From Acidilobaceae archaeon (GTDB lineage Archaea > Thermoproteota > Thermoprotei_A > Sulfolobales > Acidilobaceae): a stretch of DNA of 64,000 nucleotides. Positions 9,273-16,768 of this stretch are shown one piece after another. The DNA lies in the NCBI GenBank assembly GCA_038897215.1, contig JAWAWX010000001.1:965008-1029007 (forward strand), in the 5' to 3' direction. Positions within the stretch are counted from its first letter, which is position 1. Each line of letters starts with the position of its first letter. The notes beneath the pieces were generated by a model. It was not told the origin of the DNA and did no database searches. It was given only the letters and a program-made list of their open reading frames with translations. Made by a program: the position numbers and the translations under genes.

Positions 9273-10391
9273 GTGAGAGTGCTGAAGAGCAAGCCTCTAG
9301 TCGAGAGGCTAAGCTGGTACTTTAGAGTCCTCTTTGGCGAGATGCCCGCCAAGTACCGGATAGCTAAGAGAGTCGAGGCTCCCGAGAACCCCTACCAGGA
9401 GGGGATGGGGCTGGAGGAGCTGTGGAGTCTTCACGACAAGCTGGCGGTAGAGCACGCTAGGCTCCTACGCTCTATCGAGGAGAGTGGAGAGAAGCTCTCT
9501 TCTAGTGTTCCACGATACTCCTATCTCGACGTCAAGATAGCTATATCCAAGAGGATCCTCGAGAGCTGCCATCTCTGCGAGTGGAGATGCAGGACTAACA
9601 GAGCTTCGGGTAAGCGGGGAGTGTGCAAAGTCTCGGCTGACTGCGTGGTGTACAGCTACTTCCACCACATGGGCGAAGAGGCTCCGCTAGTCCCGAGCGG
9701 GACTATATTCTACGGCGGGTGCCCCTTCAAGTGCGTCTTCTGCCAGAACTGGGAGATAAGCCAGATGCTCGACGAGAACTACTCTATAGTGACGCCTAGG
9801 GAGCTCGCTGAAATCCAGGAGGAGCTCGCTATAACCGGGGCTAGAAACATCAACCACGTCGGCGGAGACCCGATACCCCACATACCTTTCATACTCGAGA
9901 GCCTCAAGTATCTAGACGTCAACAAGCCTCAGCTGTGGAATAGCAACATGTATCTCAGCAATGAGGGGATGAAGCTGATAGCTGACATCATAGACATATG
10001 GCTACCTGACTTCAAGTACGGTAACGACTCCTGCGCGCTCAGACTATCTAAGTGCAGAAACTACCTGGAGGTAGTGACTAGGAATCTGCTAGCCGCCTAC
10101 GAGGGAGGCAGAGGGAACATCATAGTCAGGCACTTAGTCCTACCTGGTCACATAGAGTGCTGCACGAGAAGAGTGCTAGAGTGGATGTCTAAAAACATAC
10201 CCGGAGCAGTCTTAAACCTGATGGATCAATACCATCCAGACTACCTCCTCCTCATAGACCCCAGAGCTAGAGAAGAATACAAGGAAGTGTCTAGAAGACT
10301 CTCTAGAAGCGAGTACGAGGAGGCTCTGAAGATAGCTAAAGAGTACGGCTACACTCTCGAAGTCGAAGAGCTCCTCCTGATACCTAGCTAG
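9273..10391 (+). CDS. Radical SAM protein, PflX-like (COG1313-like)
   Basis: GGCPFKCVFCQNWEIS (CX3CX2C), plus an upstream Cys-rich segment CHLCEWRCRTNR...GVCKV. The start may be internal, at ATG 9342 (MPAKYRIAKR). Confidence 0.75.
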   Translation: MRVLKSKPLVERLSWYFRVLFGEMPAKYRIAKRVEAPENPYQEGMGLEELWSLHDKLAVEHARLLRSIEESGEKLSSSVPRYSYLDVKIAISKRILESCHLCEWRCRTNRASGKRGVCKVSADCVVYSYFHHMGEEAPLVPSGTIFYGGCPFKCVFCQNWEISQMLDENYSIVTPRELAEIQEELAITGARNINHVGGDPIPHIPFILESLKYLDVNKPQLWNSNMYLSNEGMKLIADIIDIWLPDFKYGNDSCALRLSKCRNYLEVVTRNLLAAYEGGRGNIIVRHLVLPGHIECCTRRVLEWMSKNIPGAVLNLMDQYHPDYLLLIDPRAREEYKEVSRRLSRSEYEEALKIAKEYGYTLEVEELLLIPS

Positions 10392-10954
10392 CCGCGAGCC
10401 TCCTGCTCTGACCTCTGCTCTCTGAGTCGAGATCTCCAAGCGATCCTGCCATCGACGTACACTACGCCTCCCCCTCTCCTCTTGAGTCTTTCCAGGATCT
10501 TCTTCGAGTAGCTCCTGAAACCTCCTAGGTACGCTTCTCTCCTACTCGACGCAGGAGACCCTACTATGTCTCCTGTCACGGCAACAACAGTGATGGATGC
10601 TCCCGTCTTCTCGACTTCTCTAGCTATCTCGACTAGGTCTGCCTCCAGCTCTCTAGCCTCGACTCCTGGGATCTCGATGACGGCCTCCTCAGTACCTCTC
10701 TCCCAGTCGAGACCGTAGACTACTACTCCGCACCACTTCCTAGCGAGTCTCTCAACGAGGTCTGATAAGAGGCCAGTGACCTCGTTTGGTGTATACTCAT
10801 CGTAGCCTCTCTGTCTCGTAATCTCCTCGAATCTGTCTAGGTCGAGGACTACTACCGCTCCACGGCTTACAGCTGAAGAAGAGCCTCTCTCAATGGTTTC
10901 TGGTCTGCGTGATGCTGAGCCGGTCACCTGGTCCCAGACTGCCCGCTTCTTCAT
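10388..10954 (-). CDS. Hypothetical protein with a GGDEF/palm-cyclase-like sequence layout and a degenerate GTEEA signature
   Basis: VVVLDLDRFEEITRQRGY, then ERGTEEAVIEIPG, ITVVAVTG and KKILERLKRRGGGVVYV. These occur in the same order and spacing as the DxDxFK..ND..GH, R.GGDEF..l.P, vT.SiG and A..AL..AK..GrN blocks of GGDEF domains. This is a by-eye comparison only. Confidence 0.45.
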   Translation of the reverse strand: MKKRAVWDQVTGSASRRPETIERGSSSAVSRGAVVVLDLDRFEEITRQRGYDEYTPNEVTGLLSDLVERLARKWCGVVVYGLDWERGTEEAVIEIPGVEARELEADLVEIAREVEKTGASITVVAVTGDIVGSPASSRREAYLGGFRSYSKKILERLKRRGGGVVYVDGRIAWRSRLREQRSEQEARG

Positions 10955-11004
10955 CCCAACTACTCAACGAGAGCTAGAGGAGATAAGCAGTAATGCGAGT
11001 GATA

Positions 11005-11013
11005 CTTTTTAAA
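11005..11013 (+). promoter_or_regulatory. TATA box candidate (CTTTTTAAA) for tbp
   Basis: An A/T-rich element about 42 nt upstream of the tbp ATG. A GGAG lies 9-12 nt upstream of the ATG, consistent with a short leader. Confidence 0.45.
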
Positions 11014-11054
11014 CCCCCAGGGCTCGATTCTAACTCCCAGAGGAGACAGGCGCT

Positions 11055-11651
11055 ATGGCCTATCCTAGGGGTGAAGCTGAGAGAGCTCTCGACGAGCCTA
11101 AGCCTCGTAGCCAGATAGAGAACATAGTGGCTACAGTCATACTAGAGCACCCTCTAGACCTATCCCTCATAGAGTCGAGGCTACCCGAGTCAGAGTACAA
11201 CCCCGACCAGTTCCCGGGGCTCATATACAGGCTAGACCAGCCTAAGGTAACAGCTCTCATATTCAAGTCCGGCAAGATGGTAGTGACTGGTGCTAAGAGC
11301 GTGAACACTCTAGTCTTCGCCGTCAAGAAGATAATAAAGACTCTGATGAATAAAGGGATACCTATCCACGGAAAGGTCCAGATACAGATACAGAACATAG
11401 TGGCGTCAGCCGACTTAGGCACATTCATAGACTTAGAGAGAGCTGCTCTAGCTCTCCCCGGGAGCATGTACGAGCCTGAGCAGTTCCCCGGGCTCATATA
11501 CAGGATGGATAAGCCCTCCGTAGTGCTCCTGATATTTAGTAGCGGCAAGATGGTGATAACTGGAGCTAAGCGCGAAGAGGAGGTATCGAAGGCTGTAGAC
11601 GCTATCTTCAATATCCTGAAGAAACACGAGTGCCTCATAACGCAGTTCTAA
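11055..11651 (+). CDS. tbp: TATA-box binding protein
   Basis: Two imperfect internal repeats: NIVATV...[34 protein letters not shown] and NIVASA...[34 protein letters not shown]. This is the classic TBP fold signature. Confidence 0.97.
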   Translation: MAYPRGEAERALDEPKPRSQIENIVATVILEHPLDLSLIESRLPESEYNPDQFPGLIYRLDQPKVTALIFKSGKMVVTGAKSVNTLVFAVKKIIKTLMNKGIPIHGKVQIQIQNIVASADLGTFIDLERAALALPGSMYEPEQFPGLIYRMDKPSVVLLIFSSGKMVITGAKREEEVSKAVDAIFNILKKHECLITQF

Positions 11652-11681
11652 AACCCCAGCTCGCTTCTCGACTCTAGAGTC

Positions 11682-12452
11682 TTACGCTTGAACCCTCTCT
11701 CCTAGGAGGAAGCCTAGTTTAGGTAGAGCTATCGTGCCCAAGTCTCTATCAGCTATTATCGGAACCGCCTCCTCTATTAGAGCCTCTTCTCGAACCCATG
11801 GGGAGAGGTATCTGGTCTTATCTAGCGTAACGACATTGCCTGACTGATACTCTCCCATGGCTGGGAGCACTATGAAGTATCCGCTCGAGGCTCTGGGAGC
11901 TACTAGGAAGACTGGAAGCCTTTCTCTAAAGCCTCCTACTGATATCTCTAGAGCTGGGTGCTCGTGACCTATTATCACTAAATCTGCGTTAACTTCGTGA
12001 ACCTCGTGGCCGTGAGTGATCACCACGCTCTTCTCTAGCTCTAGATAGCCCTCTATCCAGATAGCTCCTAGCTTCTTGAGGAGGCCGGAGACGTAGTTAT
12101 CGTGATTGCCTCTAACAACGAGAACCTCCTTGAATCCTAGCTCGTAGGCTCTCTCTACGAACCTCGTAACTTCTTCGCGCTCCTGTCTGGTGAGCTTCTC
12201 GAAGACATGTTTTAAGTCTCCTCCCACGATGAGCTTGCTCGCTCCAGTAGTAGCTCTAATCCTGGATAGGCTTTCGAGAGCTCTCCTAAGTTGCCTTCTG
12301 GGAGGGAATACGCCTAAGTCCGCCATAGCTGACTCGAAGCCTAGATGGATATCTGAGACTACTACTGCGTTCTCGCTACTAACGTAGAGAGCTGCCTCTC
12401 CTCCAACGAAAGCCACTCTGTACTCTTCCAGTAGAGCCTTGACTTCCTCCAA
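11682..12452 (-). CDS. Metallophosphoesterase (calcineurin-like, ICC-type, COG1407-like)
   Basis: SDIHLG, GGDLKH, RGNHD, THGHE and IGHEHP motifs in the canonical order. Confidence 0.8.
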   Translation of the reverse strand: MEEVKALLEEYRVAFVGGEAALYVSSENAVVVSDIHLGFESAMADLGVFPPRRQLRRALESLSRIRATTGASKLIVGGDLKHVFEKLTRQEREEVTRFVERAYELGFKEVLVVRGNHDNYVSGLLKKLGAIWIEGYLELEKSVVITHGHEVHEVNADLVIIGHEHPALEISVGGFRERLPVFLVAPRASSGYFIVLPAMGEYQSGNVVTLDKTRYLSPWVREEALIEEAVPIIADRDLGTIALPKLGFLLGERVQA

Positions 12453-12537
12453 GAGGGATTCCTCCAGAAGTATTACCTAGCAGGCTGAAAGCTAAAGAGG
12501 CGAGTCATGAAGTGCAGAGAGGAGCCCGCTTTACTCA

Positions 12538-12618
<81 letters not shown>

Positions 12619-12646
12619 TCTCCTTCAGCTCGAGTCTCGGCTCTAG

Positions 12647-12656
12647 CTTTAAATAT
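12647..12656 (-). promoter_or_regulatory. TATA box candidate (ATATTTAAAG on the minus strand) for tRNA-Lys
   Basis: Lies 29-38 nt upstream of the mature tRNA 5' end. Confidence 0.45.
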
Positions 12657-12668
12657 GCTCGATTCTCG

Positions 12669-13136
12669 CTACCGCTTCTCTTCCTCTACTCTCTCTCCTA
12701 GCATGTTTTTCAGATAGTATTCTAGAACGCTGTCTTTCCTGACTCCCTCGAGCTTCTCTATCGTCACGCCATTAGAGTCTACTCTAGCTATGAGGATAGT
12801 GGGGCTTGCTTTGACCTCGTACTTTCTGAAGGTCTCTGCTGCGGCTTGAGAAGAGCACGTGGAGGCAAACCAGTCGCAGAGAACTATTACGAAAACGATC
12901 TTAGCGTTGCCTCCATACTTAAGCAAGATCTTCAAGACGTGCTGGTCTTGAGCTCTACAAGCTGGGCATAGAGTGTTATCGAAGTATACGAAGTAGACTC
13001 CCTCTCCTAGCTCGCCTAGACTGAAAGGCTCTCCCTGAGACCTGAGGAGAACCCACTTCTTCGACTCGTTTTGAAACACGTAGATTCCGTTGGGTGTGCC
13101 TACAGTAGGCATCTCTATGGTCAATGTTAGCCTCAC
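12669..13136 (-). CDS. Thioredoxin-fold protein (CPAC active-site motif)
   Basis: FDNTLCPACRAQ sits in a thioredoxin-like sequence context. The start overlaps the metS stop by 4 nt, which suggests co-transcription. Confidence 0.6.
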   Translation of the reverse strand: MRLTLTIEMPTVGTPNGIYVFQNESKKWVLLRSQGEPFSLGELGEGVYFVYFDNTLCPACRAQDQHVLKILLKYGGNAKIVFVIVLCDWFASTCSSQAAAETFRKYEVKASPTILIARVDSNGVTIEKLEGVRKDSVLEYYLKNMLGERVEEEKR

Positions 13137-14854
13137 CCCTCACCAGATATCGCTCTCGGTCTCTTCTTCTCAGCTCTGGCTCTCGCTTCCTCGATTAGCG
13201 AGCCGATGTTCTTCAAGAAGTCTGGAGGCAGTTTTGTAAAGAGGCGCTCCACATCTCTAGCCTCAATTCTCTGCGGTCTCCGAGGTAGCTCCTCGTCTAG
13301 AGTCTTAGACCATATGTTATCAGTGAAGCCCAGCATCTTCCAGAGCTTTTCTGCAGTACTGGGCATGAAGGGCGCTATGAGTAGAGCTAGATTCTTGGCT
13401 ACGAATGCTGAAGCGTAGATCGCTGAAAGCGCCTCCTCTCTCCTCGAGGAGAGAAGGCTCCAGGGTGCTCGCTCGTTGAGGAACCTGTTACCAGCTCGGG
13501 CTAGCTCTAGGATCTTGTCTGTAGCAGCCTTGTACTTGATTTCGTCGAGGAGCTCTACGGCTTCTAGAGCTAGCCTTAGAGAGTTCTCTACGAACTCCTC
13601 ATCAGGCTCTTCTAACCTCTCGGGTTTCTCGACAGCACCCCCTACTCTCTCTATTAGAGCTAAGACTCTGTTGACGAAGTTCCCTATGTCGTCGTTAAGC
13701 TCGCTATTCACTATCCTGTAGAACTCAGCCCACGTGAAGTTCTGGTCTCTAGCCTCAGGTCTGAGGCGTGCTAGAACCCATCTCCAGTACTCGCCGGGAG
13801 CTATCTCTAGAGCCTCATCTACCCAGACCCCGACTCTCCTGCTCTTACTGAAGTGCTGCCCCTCGTAGAGCAGGTACTCTGTAGCGCTAATCCTCCAGGG
13901 GAGATTGTAGGGCTCTCCGCTAGCGAGGAAGAGTGCTGGGAGTATTATCGAGTGGAAGGGTATGTTGTCCTTGCCTATGAAGTAGACTGTTCTCGCTCCT
14001 CCCCCCATCCACCACTTCTTCCACTCGTCTGGAGAAGCTCCCGGCTGTCTCTCAAAGTACTCTATGGTGGCGCTGACGTAGCCGAGGAGAGCGTCGAACC
14101 AGACGTATATCGTCTTTCCTTGAGCTCCAGGGAAGGGAGCCTCTATGCCCCAAGCTAGGTCTCTCGTCACGCTTCTAGGCTTGAGGCCGAGCGAAACCCA
14201 GTTTAGGCTGTACTCGCGGACATTGTCTTGAAGCTCTCTATTCGACTCAAGCCATTCGAGAAGCTGGTCTCTGACCTTAGCCAGGTCTAGGAACCAGTGC
14301 TTAGACGCCCTATAGACTGGCTTCGAGCCGCAGACGCTACAGCGGGGGTTTATCAGGAGAGTTGGGTGGAGTAGCTTGCCGCACTCATCGCACTGGTCTC
14401 CTCTAGCTCTAGGGTTGCCGCAGTAAGGGCAGGTCCCCTCGACGAATCTATCTGGGAGAAACATCTCGTCTCTCTCACAGTATGGGAGGACTTCCTCCTG
14501 CTCTACGATGTAGCCTCTCTCGTAGAGCTTGCTGAAGAACTCTCTAACGAATCTCTTGTGGGTATCACTCTCCGTCCTCGAGTAGTTGCTGAACTCTATC
14601 CCCAGCTTCTTGAAGAGCTCTAGGTCGTACTCGTGAACAGCGTCTGTAAGCTCTTTAGGAGCAATACCCCTCCTCCTAGCCTCTAGCTCTATCGGAGTGC
14701 CGTGCTCGTCGCTCCCAGTTACGTAGATCACCTGGTGCCCTCTGAGTCTGAGGTATCTAGCGTAGATGTCAGCACTGATCAAGTGTATCACTGTGCCTAG
14801 GTGCGGAACGTAGTTCACGTAGGGCCAAGCAGCTGTAACTACATACCTCCCCAT
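13133..14854 (-). CDS. metG: Methionyl-tRNA synthetase
   Basis: WPYVNYVPHLGTVIH (HIGH region), zinc knuckles CPYCG...CDECG and CSVCG, and HFSKSRRVG (KMSKS region). Confidence 0.95.
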   Translation of the reverse strand: MGRYVVTAAWPYVNYVPHLGTVIHLISADIYARYLRLRGHQVIYVTGSDEHGTPIELEARRRGIAPKELTDAVHEYDLELFKKLGIEFSNYSRTESDTHKRFVREFFSKLYERGYIVEQEEVLPYCERDEMFLPDRFVEGTCPYCGNPRARGDQCDECGKLLHPTLLINPRCSVCGSKPVYRASKHWFLDLAKVRDQLLEWLESNRELQDNVREYSLNWVSLGLKPRSVTRDLAWGIEAPFPGAQGKTIYVWFDALLGYVSATIEYFERQPGASPDEWKKWWMGGGARTVYFIGKDNIPFHSIILPALFLASGEPYNLPWRISATEYLLYEGQHFSKSRRVGVWVDEALEIAPGEYWRWVLARLRPEARDQNFTWAEFYRIVNSELNDDIGNFVNRVLALIERVGGAVEKPERLEEPDEEFVENSLRLALEAVELLDEIKYKAATDKILELARAGNRFLNERAPWSLLSSRREEALSAIYASAFVAKNLALLIAPFMPSTAEKLWKMLGFTDNIWSKTLDEELPRRPQRIEARDVERLFTKLPPDFLKNIGSLIEEARARAEKKRPRAISGEG

Positions 14855-14914
14855 AGCTCGAACCCCCCTAGCCGAGGTCTCCCCGGTCGAGGGCTATAAG
14901 ACCTAGCTTGATTC

Positions 14915-15229
14915 CTAGGAGGGAGCTTTCTGAGAAGAGTCTTGCTTCTCCTCCTCGCTATAGATCCCTGTGATCCAGGCTTCTACCCCCTCGCCGCAGG
15001 GGCCTACTAGCTTGCCTACGTAGTCTCCAGGCTGGAACTCTCTGACTTGTCTCGTGCCTCCGCAATCTATCACAGTGTAGTATCTCTTCTTGGTCTGAGC
15101 TAGCGCGGATTTGATCATGGATTGCTGTCTGCTCATGAAGAACGCTAGAGCTGCCAGGATGACGAGTGTGAGCAGTAAGATCATGGCTGTGGTTTGAGCT
15201 ACATTGTCTGTCTGCATCGCTATCACCAT
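14915..15229 (-). CDS. Hypothetical small membrane-anchored protein
   Basis: One N-terminal TM segment (TTAMILLLTLVILAALAFFM) and a soluble tail with two Cys. It starts 2 nt downstream of the preceding gene. Confidence 0.5.
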   Translation of the reverse strand: MVIAMQTDNVAQTTAMILLLTLVILAALAFFMSRQQSMIKSALAQTKKRYYTVIDCGGTRQVREFQPGDYVGKLVGPCGEGVEAWITGIYSEEEKQDSSQKAPS

Positions 15230-15231
15230 TC

Positions 15232-16347
15232 TCAGATCACGCCCCCCGTGTTCCCTATTCCAGCCACGATCACTACATCGCCGGGACTGCTTTCAGACCT
15301 GATGATCTCCTTGACTCTCTCGACAGCCTTCTCTACTCCCTCGTATACCTTCTTGTTAATCGCTTGAATAGCTTCTTCTAGAGACATCTTAACGATTACT
15401 GCTCTAAGCGGGATCCCGTGCTCGGCCGCGATGCGCTCAAACTTGATCTTCTCGGGGCCTGGGTCTCCTATAGCTGCTCCCACGCCGTCAGCAACCAAGC
15501 CTGACTCCTCTCCCTCCAGCTTGAGAGCAGCGTCTACTGTGATCAAGAGCTTGGGTTTTACTCCCTTCTCAACGAGAGACTTCACGATCTTCTCTACAGC
15601 CGAGCCCGGTCTCCCGACCTCGGGAGCGGGGCCTCTAGCTTTGACTATGATCAGCTTCCTATCCTCGAAATCTAACTGTGTGTAGACTGTATCCACGTCT
15701 ACCTCAACCCAGCTAGCGTTAGGCCCGGCTAGCTTCACTGCTACCATAGGCCCAGCCGCGTCGCCTACCGGGCGCCCCTCTATGAAGTCGTCTAGAGCTC
15801 TCCTCAGCGTAGACGCGATTTGGAGGATCTGAGAGAGCTGTAATTGTAACTGCATTATCAGAATCCAGTTGTTGGTCTTCTCTCCAAGAAGGAGGTAGTG
15901 TCTAACCAGCTTGTATATGAGGTTGAGAGCTGCAGTTATCTCAGCCGCGACCTCAGCTCTGCCTCTCACGAGAGAGTCCGCTTCAGGCATAGCCTTCTCG
16001 AACTCTTCTTTAAACCTTCTAACCCTAAGGTTTATCAAGTGCTCGAGCCTCTTGATTATATCAGTAGGCTCTATGGATACAGGCTCTATGATGAAGAACT
16101 CCTGGACTCTGTTGAGTAGAGTCTCGGGGTTTCTAGCATTGCTCTTAACCATGTAGTCTAGAGTCTTGTTTCTAGCTTCGAGAGCTAGCGAGTTCAGAAT
16201 ATTCATCCTACTCCTTATGTCTCTAACCCAGAGATACACTTGTAGCCGTTGATTAAAGCCCAGGATCAGCATCAGTATGAATATGATCCACATTAGCTGG
16301 AGAAGCACCTGAACCCATGCCGCTAGAGTCTCAGACCCATTTACCAC
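15232..16347 (-). CDS. Conserved archaeal protein, DUF1512-like, with an N-terminal TM segment
   Basis: 371 aa. N-terminal TM (VLLQLMWIIFILMLILGF) and a long helical middle region. The C-terminal domain ends in VIVAGIGNTGGV. The family assignment is from memory of DUF1512 size and layout only. Confidence 0.5.
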   Translation of the reverse strand: MVNGSETLAAWVQVLLQLMWIIFILMLILGFNQRLQVYLWVRDIRSRMNILNSLALEARNKTLDYMVKSNARNPETLLNRVQEFFIIEPVSIEPTDIIKRLEHLINLRVRRFKEEFEKAMPEADSLVRGRAEVAAEITAALNLIYKLVRHYLLLGEKTNNWILIMQLQLQLSQILQIASTLRRALDDFIEGRPVGDAAGPMVAVKLAGPNASWVEVDVDTVYTQLDFEDRKLIIVKARGPAPEVGRPGSAVEKIVKSLVEKGVKPKLLITVDAALKLEGEESGLVADGVGAAIGDPGPEKIKFERIAAEHGIPLRAVIVKMSLEEAIQAINKKVYEGVEKAVERVKEIIRSESSPGDVVIVAGIGNTGGVI

Positions 16348-16382
16348 TAGCTACCCCGAAGATGAGAGACGAGGATAGCTCA

Positions 16383-16390
16383 TTAATAAA
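16383..16390 (-). promoter_or_regulatory. TATA box candidate (TTTATTAA on the minus strand) for the DUF1512 operon
   Basis: Lies 36-43 nt upstream of GTG 16347. Confidence 0.4.
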
Positions 16391-16640
16391 GTTTTCCCCT
16401 AACCCGGCCGAAGTAGCTAGTGTCATGATGAACACCGAGAGACTCGTCGAGCAGACGGTTGCGAGCATTCTGCGGATAGCGGGAGAATTCAGACACTCCC
16501 TAGCGACAAACCGCTACCGCCAAGACGAGTTGACTTAGAGCCCGCGAAGGTCGAGCCTTCAATGAAACTCAGTCACACAGTGGTCGATACAGGTAGCTGA
16601 TTGCTAGGAGAATAGCGGGTTTCAGACGAGGAGCATATTG

Positions 16641-16719
16641 TGGTGCGGCGGCCGGGATTTGAACCCGGGACCTCCGGCTTGGCAGGCCGGCGTCCTAGTC
16701 CAGGCTAGACGACCGCCGC
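16641..16719 (-). tRNA. tRNA-Gly (anticodon GCC), CCA encoded, no intron
   Basis: The reverse complement is GCGGCGG...CCGGC-CTGCCAA-GCCGG-AGGTC-CCGGG-TTCAAAT-CCCGG-CCGCCGC-A-CCA. The acceptor, anticodon and T arms pair perfectly. Confidence 0.9.
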
Positions 16720-16746
16720 TCCGGCTCCGTCTCTCCTTGAGAGAGT

Positions 16747-16754
16747 CTTTAAGT
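16747..16754 (-). promoter_or_regulatory. TATA box candidate (ACTTAAAG on the minus strand) for tRNA-Gly
   Basis: Lies 28-35 nt upstream of the tRNA 5' end. Confidence 0.4.
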
Positions 16755-16768
16755 GTTTCCCGTGCCGG

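Noticed and set aside
11060-11638. 192-aa ORF fully antisense to tbp. Similar long antisense ORFs occur at 37115..37681 (pelota), 47070..47591 (pmbA), 57933..58427 (encapsulin) and 20504..21382 (glyS).
   Set aside because: The translations are Ser/Leu/Thr/Arg-rich and low-complexity, with no motifs. They mirror strongly supported genes. The codon bias (GAG/CTC, GCT/AGC, AGA/TCT) depletes stops in the antisense frame. I treat them as shadow ORFs.
16425-16480. ATGATGA at 16425 as a possible C box of a C/D box sRNA
   Set aside because: No CUGA D' or D box lies at the required ~12-nt guide spacing. There is no C' box and no terminal stem.
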